Counted from the first letter of the stretch, positions 32,185-41,643 are shown. The stretch is 64,000 nt of DNA from an uncultured Chloroflexia bacterium (GCA_963731765.1 CAVSWS010000020.1:30972-94971), one strand, 5' to 3'. Notes: a model not told the origin generated them from the letters alone. Numbers and translations: made by a program.

Positions 32185-32427
32185 ATGGCAAAGCGAAACG
32201 GACAGCAGCTAGAGCGCAGCGGCTTCGACCTCACGGCGTCCAGCCGTGTTTGCGACCGGTGCGAAATGACCTTCGCCGAGGGCTACACATGGCCGGCGCT
32301 CGGCATCCCGCTCGTGCTGTGTAAGGACTGCACGGAGGACCTCGAAGCCTCGGTCGAGAGCTACGGCGAGAGCCCGGAACGCAGCAAGATGCGTCTGATG
32401 GACCGCCTGCGCAGCATCGGCGTCTGA
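32185..32427 (+). CDS. small zinc-ribbon protein (80 aa)
   Basis: 'CDRCE...CKDC' four-Cys zinc-ribbon pattern, immediately downstream of the integrase-like gene. Confidence 0.3.
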   Translation: MAKRNGQQLERSGFDLTASSRVCDRCEMTFAEGYTWPALGIPLVLCKDCTEDLEASVESYGESPERSKMRLMDRLRSIGV

Positions 32428-32440
32428 GCCACCCGAACCC

Positions 32441-32941
32441 CTACTTCGACAACGGGAACCAACCGGTGTCCTCGACCTGCACGAGGCCATCTTCGCCGAC
32501 GCGTTGCAGCAGCACGTCCAGGCGTTCGCCCGTTGCCGGGTGCGTCATCTCCGGGTCGAGGTCCAGCAGAGGACGCAGGACGAAGGCGCGCTCCGGTAGC
32601 CGGGCGTGCGGGATCTGCAGCGCCGGCGTCTCGAATACGCGGTCGTCGTACAGGACGATGTCGAGGTCGATGAGACGGGGCGCCCAGCGTTCTGACGGGC
32701 GCCGGCCGAGGTCGTGTTCGATCTGCTTGAGGTAGGTCAGCAGTGCTTCCGGCTCAAGCTCCGTCGAGACGCGCGCGGCGGCGTTGAGGTACGCCGGTGG
32801 CGGTGCGGGCGGCTGTGGCGGCGACTCGTACAGCGCGGACACGGCCTCGACCTGCACGTCGGGCGGCATCGCCTGCAGCGCAGCGCCGAGGTTGGCGCGC
32901 CGGTCGCCCAGGTTGGCGCCAAGAGCGATGTAGATGGGCAT
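32441..32941 (-). CDS. folK: 2-amino-4-hydroxy-6-hydroxymethyldihydropteridine diphosphokinase (HPPK)
   Basis: 'IYIALGANLGDR' and 'RWAPRLIDLDIVLYDD' are the HPPK signatures. Confidence 0.85.
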   Translation of the reverse strand: MPIYIALGANLGDRRANLGAALQAMPPDVQVEAVSALYESPPQPPAPPPAYLNAAARVSTELEPEALLTYLKQIEHDLGRRPSERWAPRLIDLDIVLYDDRVFETPALQIPHARLPERAFVLRPLLDLDPEMTHPATGERLDVLLQRVGEDGLVQVEDTGWFPLSK

Positions 32942-33148
32942 CAGGGGATGCCGCCTTGCTGGTACTCACACGGTGTCGCTACGCATCGCTCTCGCGCTGC
33001 TCCGCTTCTCTTGTGAAGAACCTCGGGGGACACGCCCCAGACCCGCCGCGCATGGGCTTTGCCCCCGCTACCCTCATATATCGGGAGCCATATAGGCCGA
33101 GAGGAAGTTGATTTAGCCGTGGAGCCGGCCGAAGCGGCGCTAATGGTG

Positions 33149-33976
33149 TTAGCCCCGGACGACGGCGTCGGCGACCTTGCGCACCTGGACCATCTCGGCG
33201 ACGTCGTGGACGCGGACGATGTCGGCGCCGTTGGCGATCGAGAGGGCGACCGTCGCGGCGGTGCCCCAGGCGCGCTGGTCCTCCGGAAGGTCGAGCACGG
33301 CACCGATGGAAGACTTGCGGGACGTGCCAATGAGCAACGGCAGGCCGAAGTCCCGTAGCTCGGACAGGCGCCGGATGATTTCGAGGCTCTGCGGGTGGGT
33401 CCAACCGAAGCCGTAGCCGGGGTCCAGGATGATCTGCTCTCGCGCGACCTCCGCATCGTGCGCCAGGGCGAGGCTCTCTTCGAAGCCGGCCCGGATGTCG
33501 CCGATGACGTCGTGAAACGGGCGGCCGCGCTGGTTGTGCATGACAACGGCCGGCACGCGCCATCCGCCCACCACGCGGGCCATCGGCGGGTCGTGGCGGA
33601 AGCCTGTCACGTCGTTCACCATGTGGGCGCCGGCCTGCAGCGCCGCCATCGCCACGCTGGAGCGATAAGTGTCGATGCTCACGGGCAGGCTGACGGCGTC
33701 GGAGATGGCGCGTACGGATGGGACCACGCGGTCTTGCTCTTGCTTCTCGGTCAGCTCCTGGAAGTTCGGCCGTGTCGACATGCCGCCTACGTCGATGATG
33801 TCGGCGCCCTCGGCCTCGAACCGCTTCGCCTGCTCTACGGCCGCCTCGATGTTATCGATGCCGTCGCCGGAGAACGACTCGGGGGACACGTTGACGATGC
33901 CCATTACGTAGGTGCGCGTGCCCCATTCGAACACATGGTCCCGGATCGTCATCGAGGGCGCGACGTAGCTGGTCAC
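33149..33976 (-). CDS. folP: dihydropteroate synthase
   Basis: 'IVNVSPESFSGDG' plus pterin-binding motifs. 275 aa. Confidence 0.9.
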   Translation of the reverse strand: MTSYVAPSMTIRDHVFEWGTRTYVMGIVNVSPESFSGDGIDNIEAAVEQAKRFEAEGADIIDVGGMSTRPNFQELTEKQEQDRVVPSVRAISDAVSLPVSIDTYRSSVAMAALQAGAHMVNDVTGFRHDPPMARVVGGWRVPAVVMHNQRGRPFHDVIGDIRAGFEESLALAHDAEVAREQIILDPGYGFGWTHPQSLEIIRRLSELRDFGLPLLIGTSRKSSIGAVLDLPEDQRAWGTAATVALSIANGADIVRVHDVAEMVQVRKVADAVVRG

Positions 33977-33985
33977 CCGGTCATG

Positions 33986-35428
33986 TTAGGCGGGGCTCAA
34001 GGGTGGGGCAACGCCGACGTGGCTCGATGCCGTGGCGAGTAGCAGCTCCTGAGTTACGGCGCTGCTTTCCGGCTTCTGGTTTACGTCCGGCGCTTGCGGT
34101 GCGGGCGCCCGGCGCCGGCTCGGGGCAGCAGCCACCTTCTCGCGCGCCGGTACCTTGACGCCGAGCTCAGCCAGCAGGGGCAGCAGCGCCCGGTCAAGCA
34201 CGGACGACCACGTGAAGTGGCCAGCAGCCGCGCGGGCGGCCTTGCGCATGTGTGTGGCGAGAGCGCGGTTAGACTTGAGCACCTCCATGTGGTGCACGAT
34301 CTCGCCGGGACTCGCGGTCTGGAGGGAGATGGAGTCGTGGCCGCTCAGCGAGTAGTCCTCGCCTGTGCAGCCGACAAGCACGAGCCCACCCGAGGCCATC
34401 GCTTCCAGGCCGACGAGGCCGAAGGGCTCGATGGCGCTGTTTGCCAGCACGGCGCTGGTGGCGTGGTAGAGCGCCTTGCGGTCGTCGAAGTCGAGGTGAC
34501 CGTCCAGGAACACGATGTCGGTGTCGAGATGGCGGGCCAGGCCCGCAGTAAGCCCTTCCTCGGCGGACCAGGTGCAGTGTGCCATGCTCAAGCCCAGCTC
34601 CTCGGCCCGGCCGTAGACGTCCCAACCGTGTGCCTCGTTGCCGCCGCGAGCGATTAGCAGTGGCCGTTCGCCGGCCTGCTTGAGGAGCGCGACCGCCTCG
34701 ATGGCGGCGATCCAGCGCTTGTTGGGGTCAAAGCGTCCGACTTTGAGCATGCTGGTGCGGCCGGTGAGCAGACGCCGGATGACCGAAACCTCGGAAACCG
34801 GTGGCGGTGTGAGCCACGCGTCCTCGATGCCGTTAGGGATCACACGCGGGTCGACGCCTCGCTCCCACATCTCGCGTTTCATGTAGCGGCTCACCGTCGT
34901 GACAGTCGCGGCCTTGTCGAGCGCGGCCCAGTCGATGCGGTCGAAGGAAAATGTGTTGTTCGCGTTCCAGAGGAGATGGACGCGGTCCTTCCAACCGTTG
35001 CGCTCGGCGATCTGATGGAGCCGCACCACGGTTTCGGCCGTCTGCCACTCCTCGGCCAGCACAACGACAGATTCGCCGTTGGCAATGCGAGGCGCGAGCA
35101 GCTCCGTTTCGAGCCAGGCTGGTAGGGAGTCTTGCCAGTCGCGCAGCTTGCCTTCTTCGCCCTCGTAGACGCCACCGCGATGGTAGGCGCTGATCCACTG
35201 GCACCAGCGATGCAGGTGGAGCTTGCCGCCCTGCGTAACTTCGTATGAGGGAAGGTCGGGATCGCCGATGAAGATGAGATGGGTATCGAAACCGCGACTG
35301 GCGAGTGTGCGCGATAACTCGTCTACTCGTGAACCGATACCGCCGGCATGGGCATAGAGATCCGGCCCTTCGAAGCTCAGAAGGATGAATGTGATCTGCG
35401 CCAACTTGCTACGACTCCCCGCCCGCAA
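33986..35428 (-). CDS. glycosyltransferase family 4 (GT-B, retaining)
   Basis: N-terminal 'FEGPDLYAHAGGIGSRVDEL' glycine-rich motif and C-terminal 'EPFGLVGLEAMASGGLVLV' (E-x7-E). 480 aa with a low-complexity tail. Confidence 0.75.
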   Translation of the reverse strand: MRAGSRSKLAQITFILLSFEGPDLYAHAGGIGSRVDELSRTLASRGFDTHLIFIGDPDLPSYEVTQGGKLHLHRWCQWISAYHRGGVYEGEEGKLRDWQDSLPAWLETELLAPRIANGESVVVLAEEWQTAETVVRLHQIAERNGWKDRVHLLWNANNTFSFDRIDWAALDKAATVTTVSRYMKREMWERGVDPRVIPNGIEDAWLTPPPVSEVSVIRRLLTGRTSMLKVGRFDPNKRWIAAIEAVALLKQAGERPLLIARGGNEAHGWDVYGRAEELGLSMAHCTWSAEEGLTAGLARHLDTDIVFLDGHLDFDDRKALYHATSAVLANSAIEPFGLVGLEAMASGGLVLVGCTGEDYSLSGHDSISLQTASPGEIVHHMEVLKSNRALATHMRKAARAAAGHFTWSSVLDRALLPLLAELGVKVPAREKVAAAPSRRRAPAPQAPDVNQKPESSAVTQELLLATASSHVGVAPPLSPA

Positions 35429-35600
35429 CTGTGCGAATTGCTAATAAAAACATTACGGCCTGATCACTCGGCAGGGGGGCTCCAAACGTTACCGTTTCCT
35501 TAAAACTGGGCTGCTAACCGCTAACGCCGCGCGAACACCTCGGCAAACTCACGATGGCCGCCCAGCCCAGGTCCGACGGGGTAGGGCGCCCCATTCGTCA

Positions 35601-35771
35601 TCAGCGCGAAATCGCTCGATGCGCCCGCTGCCGGTGCGGTTGTTCGATGCGTGCCGGCTCCAGGGTCTCTATGCGCTGCTGTTCGCGGTGCTGGATGTAC
35701 GCCTCGAAGACGTTGCGCGCGATCACGACGAAGGTGGTGAATGCAAGCAGCGGGATCATGTCGGTGATCAT
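35601..35771 (-). CDS. candidate small hydrophobic protein (56 aa) downstream of hsp20
   Basis: Manual translation gives MITDMIPLLAFTTFVVIARNVFEAYIQHREQQRIETLEPARIEQPHRQRAHRAISR. It has one TM helix, the same orientation as hsp20 and lies 42 nt after it. Confidence 0.3.
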   Translation of the reverse strand: MITDMIPLLAFTTFVVIARNVFEAYIQHREQQRIETLEPARIEQPHRQRAHRAISR

Positions 35772-35813
35772 GATGTGTACCTTCCCAGACCCTGAATTGG
35801 TCCCGACGGGTTA

Positions 35814-36305
35814 CTAGTCCTTGACCTCGATGGTTCGTCCGGTAGGCGTCTCCTTGACCGGAATCCGGACACGCAGAACGCCGTCTTCGAACTTGGCCTC
35901 CGCGCTGTCGGCGTCTGTGCCACCGGGAAGGGCGACGCGGCGTACAAAGCGGCCGAAGCTGCGCTCTGAGCGGTAGTAGTTGTCTTCCTTCGTCTCGCTC
36001 TTCTGGCGCTTCTCACCGCTTATAACGAGGCCGTCGTTTGTGACCTCGATCTTCACGTCGTCCTTGGTCATGCCCGGCAACTCGACCTCTACGACGATGT
36101 CGCTGTTCTCACGCCTCACGTCGAGACGCGGGACCAATTCGCCGCGCGCGACGCCGAGCGGGCGGTTGAAGAAGTCGTTGTCGAAGCGGTCGAAGAACTG
36201 CTGGAAGTTCCAGAGATCGCGGAAGGGGTGGCGCCTCTGAACGGCCTGCTGCTCCGCCTCTGTTTGCTCCGCCGGTACGGTGGGTTCTTGTCCTTCGGTT
36301 GTCAT
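35814..36305 (-). CDS. Hsp20/alpha-crystallin family small heat-shock protein
   Basis: Alpha-crystallin domain 'VEVELPGMTKDDVKIEVTNDGLVISGEK...RSFGRFVRRVALP'. Start taken at ATG 36305 (MTTEGQ). Confidence 0.85.
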   Translation of the reverse strand: MTTEGQEPTVPAEQTEAEQQAVQRRHPFRDLWNFQQFFDRFDNDFFNRPLGVARGELVPRLDVRRENSDIVVEVELPGMTKDDVKIEVTNDGLVISGEKRQKSETKEDNYYRSERSFGRFVRRVALPGGTDADSAEAKFEDGVLRVRIPVKETPTGRTIEVKD

Positions 36306-36615
36306 TTCACTACCCCGTCTTTCTGACAACCAAAGACTATTCGCGGCTGGCCGGCCTGCCATCGTCCAAACGTCCCATGTCGGAAGGGCCATTAGGCACA
36401 TCTATGGGGCTATGGAGAGAAGGGCAGCTTGGAGGAACGACATTCGAGCGAATGTGTGAAGAGGCGAAGCTGCAGCTATCCGGCTGGGGCTTCCTTCAGT
36501 CGCCAGATTTCTCCTCTATCGGACGTCAGCTCTCCGAGCGGCAAGCGCTCGTTATGCTCGCCGTGGCGGCGCGTGCCGGTATCAGGACTCGCGTTGGCCC
36601 TGTAGTGCGAGGGTG

Positions 36616-38853
36616 TTACGCCTGAGCTTGAAGCGCCCGGTACACCTTCTCCGACGTGACAGGCAGGTCCCGGATGCGGGCGCCGACGGCATCCGCGACG
36701 GCGTTGGCGATCGCCGCGGCCGTCGGGGTGTTCGGCGTCTCGCCGATGCCCTTGATGTGGTACGGCCCGACGCCTTCGCCCGGGGGCAGGATGACGGTCT
36801 TGAGGGGCGGGATGTCGGCCGTAGTTGGGATCTTGTAGTCGCCGAACGACAGGTTGGTGACGCGGCCGTCTTCGACCAGCAGCTCTTCCATCATCGCGTA
36901 ACCGAGGCCCTGGACGAGGCCGCCGTTGATCTGCCCCTGGTGGCCGATGGGGTTCATGATCTGGCCCGTGTCGTGTGCCGTCGTGAAGTTGAGCAGCTTC
37001 ACCTCGCCCGTCTCCGGATCGACCGACACCTCGGCAACCTGGACGGCGAAGCAGGTGACCTCCGCCCGTCCCTTCTCGTCCGCGTGGCCGACACCGGTGA
37101 CGCTCTTGCCGGCCTGCGTCAGCAGCTCCGGCCAGGCGATGGCCTCTTCCTGGTCGGTGCGGCGGATCTCCTCGCCACGGATCACCAACTTGTCGAGGGG
37201 CCACTGCAGGTGCTCGGCCGCCAGGGTCAGCAGCGCGCCTCTCGTCGACTCGACGGCGTCGTAGGCGACGGCGGTGTTGACGCGGGTGCCCCGCATACCG
37301 CCGATGCCGGAGTCGTGTTCAAGCACGCCCGTCTTCCAGTACTCGAACTGGACCCGGCTCGGTGGCACCGAGAACTCCTCGCAGATCACCTGGAGGTGCG
37401 TGGCGTAGGTGCCGGTGCCCTGGTCGAACACGGGCGTGCCGAGCATGATCTGGCCGTCCGGCTGCAGCGTCACCTGCAGCGTGCCGACGCCTCCGCCGGG
37501 CGCCCTGTCTGCCAGGGCGAGGCCACGACCGACGTACGGGGCTTTGGGTGCTCGATAGTTCGAAGCCTCCTCGGCCAGCTTCAAGGTCTCGTATCCTCGC
37601 AGGTCCTCGTGCCTGGCGCCCATCGGCGTCTCGTCGCCATCTCGGATGACGTTCTTGAGCCGGAAATCCAGCGGGTCCATGCCGATCGCCCGGGCGACCT
37701 CGTCCATGTGCGACTCACAGGCGAACACGCCTTGCGGCTCACCGGGCGAGCGCATGTGGCCGCATGGCACCGTGTTCGTGTACACCTCGGCGGACTCGAG
37801 GCGGACGTTGCTGATTTTGTAAGGGCCCGCCGTCGCCGATCGCAACGAGCCGCCGATGATGCCGGCGGGCTTGTAAGCGGCGTAGGCGCCCGAGTTCACG
37901 TAGGACTGGGTGTGATGCGCCGTAATCGTGCCGTCGCGCTTCACGCCGGTCTTCAGCTTGATCAGGCAGGAGTGTCGCGGGTTGGCCGACATGAACTCTT
38001 CGATGTACTCGTTGACCATGCGCACCGGCTTACCGGCAGCCTTCGAGAGGAAGAAGCACACCGGCAGGATGGCGGGCGATGCCTTGCCGCCGAAGTCGCC
38101 GCCGATGTAGCTGTGGTTGAAGACCACCTGCTCCGGCGGCAGCTCCAGCGCCACGGCCAGCGCCTTGACTGCGTCGTACGGCGCCTTGGAGCACGTCCAG
38201 ACCTGCACGGTCTCGCCGGACGCATCGATCATCACGCTGTGCGGCTCGAGGTAGGCCTGGTGCTGCCGTTGCACCGTGTAGGTGTTCTCGATGATCAGGT
38301 CCGCCTCCGCAAAGCCGGCATCGATGTCGCCGCGGTCATTGACGGCGACGGAGTAAGCGTTGGTCGGGAGGCCCTCGAACGGCTTGCCGCCGGGATACGT
38401 GCCGAAATCGGGATGCAGCACGGGTGCCGACTCGCTCATCGCCTCGATGACATCGAACACGGCCGGAAGCTCTTCGTACTCCACCCTGATCAGGTCGAGG
38501 GCGCGCTGGGCGATGTCCTCGTCGTCCGCCGCGACGGCTGCGACGCGCTCACCGAAGAAGCGCACGCGGCCTTCCGCCAGCACGGGCGAGTCCTTGATCG
38601 CGCGTCCCCATGGGCCGTGCTGGAAGTCAGCGCTCGTGAGCACAGCGTGCACACCGGGCAGGGCTCGGGCCTCCGACGTGTCGATGCTGACGATGCGGGC
38701 GTGGGCATACGGGCTGTGCAGCGTCTTGCCCCAGATCGTGCCGGGCAGCGGGTGATCGGCGGCGTACTTGCCGCGGCCCGTCACCTTGTCGATGCCGTCC
38801 GGACGAGCGATGGGCCGGCCGATGACTGAATAAGTCGCCACGAAGTCCTCCAC
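36616..38853 (-). CDS. xanthine dehydrogenase/aldehyde oxidase family molybdopterin-binding subunit (CoxL-type)
   Basis: 745 aa with Ald_Xan_dh_C/C2 pattern ('GRPIARPDGIDKVTGRGKYAAD', 'GGDFGGK', 'VPCGHMRSPGEPQG'). No adjacent FAD or FeS subunit genes. Confidence 0.85.
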   Translation of the reverse strand: MEDFVATYSVIGRPIARPDGIDKVTGRGKYAADHPLPGTIWGKTLHSPYAHARIVSIDTSEARALPGVHAVLTSADFQHGPWGRAIKDSPVLAEGRVRFFGERVAAVAADDEDIAQRALDLIRVEYEELPAVFDVIEAMSESAPVLHPDFGTYPGGKPFEGLPTNAYSVAVNDRGDIDAGFAEADLIIENTYTVQRQHQAYLEPHSVMIDASGETVQVWTCSKAPYDAVKALAVALELPPEQVVFNHSYIGGDFGGKASPAILPVCFFLSKAAGKPVRMVNEYIEEFMSANPRHSCLIKLKTGVKRDGTITAHHTQSYVNSGAYAAYKPAGIIGGSLRSATAGPYKISNVRLESAEVYTNTVPCGHMRSPGEPQGVFACESHMDEVARAIGMDPLDFRLKNVIRDGDETPMGARHEDLRGYETLKLAEEASNYRAPKAPYVGRGLALADRAPGGGVGTLQVTLQPDGQIMLGTPVFDQGTGTYATHLQVICEEFSVPPSRVQFEYWKTGVLEHDSGIGGMRGTRVNTAVAYDAVESTRGALLTLAAEHLQWPLDKLVIRGEEIRRTDQEEAIAWPELLTQAGKSVTGVGHADEKGRAEVTCFAVQVAEVSVDPETGEVKLLNFTTAHDTGQIMNPIGHQGQINGGLVQGLGYAMMEELLVEDGRVTNLSFGDYKIPTTADIPPLKTVILPPGEGVGPYHIKGIGETPNTPTAAAIANAVADAVGARIRDLPVTSEKVYRALQAQA

Positions 38854-39010
38854 AACAGCGCCCCAGCGAGCGCAACAGGTTCAAGTTGAGCTTGTCGCGA
38901 TGTTAGCACTGAGGTGGTGTCGGCAGTGTTACGTACGTGCTCGCGACACCACCTCAAGCTGGCCAGGCGTGACCTCGAGGAGCCGGTTCATACGCGGCGA
39001 CCGCGGGCTT

Positions 39011-39538
39011 TCAGGCGAACGTCCATTTCGCTGCGCCGTTCAACGACGGGATGGTTCCAACCCCGACGGCCTGCTCGCAGACAATCCGGTGGACGTACCA
39101 GGGCGGCGGCCCGCCACTCGGCGCGAAGAACGGCGCCGTGAACGCGTCGCCGTCCACCTCCGCAGGCCAGCCGGATCGCCGGTAGACCTCTGCTATGCGT
39201 TCGAGCTCGTCCGCTCCGGTGACCCGTTCCACACGCCCCGTGAAAACGACGTCGATGCCTTCGAGTCGCGCGGTCAGCGTGCATGCGGGGTTGTCAGCGA
39301 GGTTGCGTGCTTTACGGCTGGCCGGACCGAGAACAACGTACCAGGCGCCGTCTATCCACACCGCGCCGACGGGCGCCGCGTGTGGGCGGCCATCGGGCAG
39401 AACTGTGCCGAGGACCGTAAAGAGGTCTTTGCCGGCGGGGATCTCGGCCTCCAGCCGCTCCACCACAGCGCTCCAGGGCAGCGCTTCGTTGCCATACTGA
39501 TCGAGATTGACCGTGCTAACGGGTTCAGGATTGGTCAT
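39011..39538 (-). CDS. pyridoxamine 5'-phosphate oxidase-like (split-barrel, possibly F420/FMN-binding) family protein
   Basis: 'PHAAPVGAVWIDGAWYVVLGPASRKARNLADNPACTL' is the PNPOx-like split barrel. ATG at 39538 with an AAGGAG RBS. Confidence 0.65.
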   Translation of the reverse strand: MTNPEPVSTVNLDQYGNEALPWSAVVERLEAEIPAGKDLFTVLGTVLPDGRPHAAPVGAVWIDGAWYVVLGPASRKARNLADNPACTLTARLEGIDVVFTGRVERVTGADELERIAEVYRRSGWPAEVDGDAFTAPFFAPSGGPPPWYVHRIVCEQAVGVGTIPSLNGAAKWTFA

Positions 39539-39740
39539 TGTCTTACTCCTTCTGCTGAGACCCTTCGACTGGTGAATGGTCTCTACAAGCACGTCGAATG
39601 AACGAAGGCAGGAATCGACAAGGGTGGCAGAGTTTAACGGGAGCCTCGGGATTCTTTAGCGAATCCGCCGAATCTGGCGACGCTCGCGCTTATAATCGCG
39701 ACCGGAGCAATCGAAGCACGTTCGGATTAGAGGAGACCCC

Positions 39741-40364
39741 ATGCTGTACGAAATGCGTACCTACACCGTGAAACCTGGGATGGTCGGTGAGTACGAGAAG
39801 CGATTCGCCGAGGCCTACGAGGTGCGGCAGAACTACTCGAAGCTCGGCGCCATGTTCCGCACCGAGATCGGCAACATCAACAACATTCGCCACTTCTGGC
39901 AGTACAACGACCTGCAGGAGCGCGCCGACATTCGTGCCAAGTCCTCGCAGGACGCATCCGGCAAGTGGCCGCCGAACACGTCGGAGCTGCTGCTGAACCA
40001 GGAAGTCACCATCCTGGACCCGGTGAAGGGCATGCCGGACTGGGACGGCCCGAAGGACTGGGGCACTGTGTACGAGCTGCGCATCTACAGCTACACCGGT
40101 GCCGACATCGGCAAAGCGGCCGAAGCGTTCGGCGAGGCCCTGGCCGGTCGCAGCGGCGTCTATCCCGTCGCCGGCATGTTCACGACGCAGCAGGGCGACC
40201 TTGGCACGCTGTGGCAGCTCTTCCCCTACAAGAACTGGGCCCACCGCGAAGAGGTGCGCGTCGAGTTCCGCAAGCAGGGCGTGTGGCCGCCGCGCGCTGA
40301 GGTGCGACCGATCCACCAGAAGGTCGAGTTCCTCATTCCGAGCTCGTTCTCGCCCATCAAGTAG
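39741..40364 (+). CDS. NIPSNAP family protein (two NIPSNAP domains)
   Basis: 'MLYEMRTYTVKPGMVGEYEKRF' and a second repeat 'VYELRIYSYTGADIGKAAEAF'. Confidence 0.7.
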   Translation: MLYEMRTYTVKPGMVGEYEKRFAEAYEVRQNYSKLGAMFRTEIGNINNIRHFWQYNDLQERADIRAKSSQDASGKWPPNTSELLLNQEVTILDPVKGMPDWDGPKDWGTVYELRIYSYTGADIGKAAEAFGEALAGRSGVYPVAGMFTTQQGDLGTLWQLFPYKNWAHREEVRVEFRKQGVWPPRAEVRPIHQKVEFLIPSSFSPIK

Positions 40365-40493
40365 GCATTGCGTGCCTGCGCCGGGCTGCCGGTGAGTGCG
40401 GCACGGCGCAGGCTGCCACTGGTGCTCTCACGAGGACGAGTGGCAGCCCTTGCGCGGAGCACCGACGAGTCGATTAGTCCTGGAGGTAGTTCG

Positions 40494-40952
40494 ATGACGG
40501 CAGAAACGACGAAGCCTTCCATCCCGATCTGGGGCGTCCGTCACATCGCCTTCCGCGTGCGCGACATCGAAGCGGCGCGGCAGTGGTACACGGACGTCAT
40601 GGGCATGGAGGTTGAGGACGAGTTCCCCGGCCAGGCCCTGTTCGTGCGCTTTGGCCCCTACTACCACCACGACCTGGCGATCTTCCAGGCAGACAGGGAA
40701 GCAGACCTGCCGGCAAACAACGCCGTCGGCCTGGCGCACATCGCCCTGCTGGTCGATTCGCTGGAGGGAGTGCGGCAGTGGTATCACTACCTGCGCGACC
40801 GGGGCGTCGAAGTGCGTGCTTCGGACCACGGCGTGACTCGCAGCATCTACTTCACAGACCCTGACGGTAATCCGTTCGAGATCTACTGCGACAATCCGGA
40901 CTTCGACTGGCGTAAGGACGGTCTGCAGAAGCGAGACCCGCTGGACCTGTAA
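40494..40952 (+). CDS. VOC family protein (glyoxalase/bleomycin resistance/extradiol dioxygenase fold)
   Basis: 'RHIAFRVRDIEAARQWYTDVMGMEV...HHDLAIF...GLAHIALLV...DPDGNPFEIY'. ATG at 40494 with GGAGGT. Confidence 0.75.
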   Translation: MTAETTKPSIPIWGVRHIAFRVRDIEAARQWYTDVMGMEVEDEFPGQALFVRFGPYYHHDLAIFQADREADLPANNAVGLAHIALLVDSLEGVRQWYHYLRDRGVEVRASDHGVTRSIYFTDPDGNPFEIYCDNPDFDWRKDGLQKRDPLDL

Positions 40953-40966
40953 GCGAGGGTCCAGGC

Positions 40967-41014
40967 CAAACGCAAAGAAGCCCTCGGATCACTCCGAGGG
41001 CTTCTTTGCGTTTG
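40967..41014. terminator. long perfect hairpin (22-bp stem, 4-nt loop) between convergent genes
   Basis: caaacgcaaagaagccctcgga-tcac-tccgagggcttctttgcgtttg. It lies 15 nt after the VOC stop and 13 nt after the minus-strand small ORF stop. Confidence 0.5.
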
Positions 41015-41026
41015 AGAGATACCTGG

Positions 41027-41209
41027 TCAGGCGGCGTCTTGGCCGGGAGGATTCTCGTCGACAACGATAGTGAGGCGGCCGGCTTCGAGGCGTTGATGGA
41101 CGGGGCGGCTTACGTATGCCCTGCGGCGAATGTCCGCGACGTTCTCCAGCCTGCGAGCCAGCGAGGCATGCCGGCTCTCCCCGTCGAAGCTGTCCTTGCG
41201 TACGATCAT
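41027..41209 (-). CDS. hypothetical small protein (60 aa)
   Basis: AAGGAG SD 6 nt before the ATG. Sequence MIVRKDSFDGESRHASLARRLENVADIRRRAYVSRPVHQRLEAGRLTIVVDENPPGQDAA. No family recognised. Confidence 0.3.
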   Translation of the reverse strand: MIVRKDSFDGESRHASLARRLENVADIRRRAYVSRPVHQRLEAGRLTIVVDENPPGQDAA

Positions 41210-41396
41210 GTGCATCTCCTTCGCTAAACGGTTCCCTCGCAGAATGTTCGTCAGCGTTGGAGTGGCGGCTTATTGGGGCCAACCCTACTGTGCAGCCGTG
41301 CGAGCCGGCGAAGCGGCGCTGCCTGCACCGAGGGATTGGGATTTCGGATCAATCTACGTGACCCCAAGGAAGCCACGTGGTACTCTGTGAATCCGC

Positions 41397-41482
<86 letters not shown>

Positions 41483-41489
41483 TTTGATT

Positions 41490-41565
41490 GCGCTGGTAGC
41501 TCAGTGGATAGAGCGCAGCCCTGCGGAGGCTGAGGCCGCGAGTTCGAGTCTCGCCCAGCGCACCA
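41490..41565 (+). tRNA. tRNA-Arg (anticodon GCG)
   Basis: Acceptor GCGCTGG/CCAGCGC, D-arm GCTCAGTGGATAGAGC, anticodon stem CAGCC/GGCTG with loop CTGCGGA (positions 34-36 = GCG), T-arm GCGAGTTCGAGTCTCGC, encoded CCA. Confidence 0.75.
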
Positions 41566-41643
41566 TTAAACTGAACGTGAGGCCGCCCCAACTCGGGGCG
41601 GCCTCCGTCTTGCAGGCCGGACCAACTCTGGCGGAGTTTCTTC

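Noticed and set aside
32942-33148. Possible folB (dihydroneopterin aldolase) between folK and folP
   Set aside because: The gap is only ~200 bp and contains no ORF in an appropriate frame. The overlapping 201-aa minus ORF is a shadow of folP.
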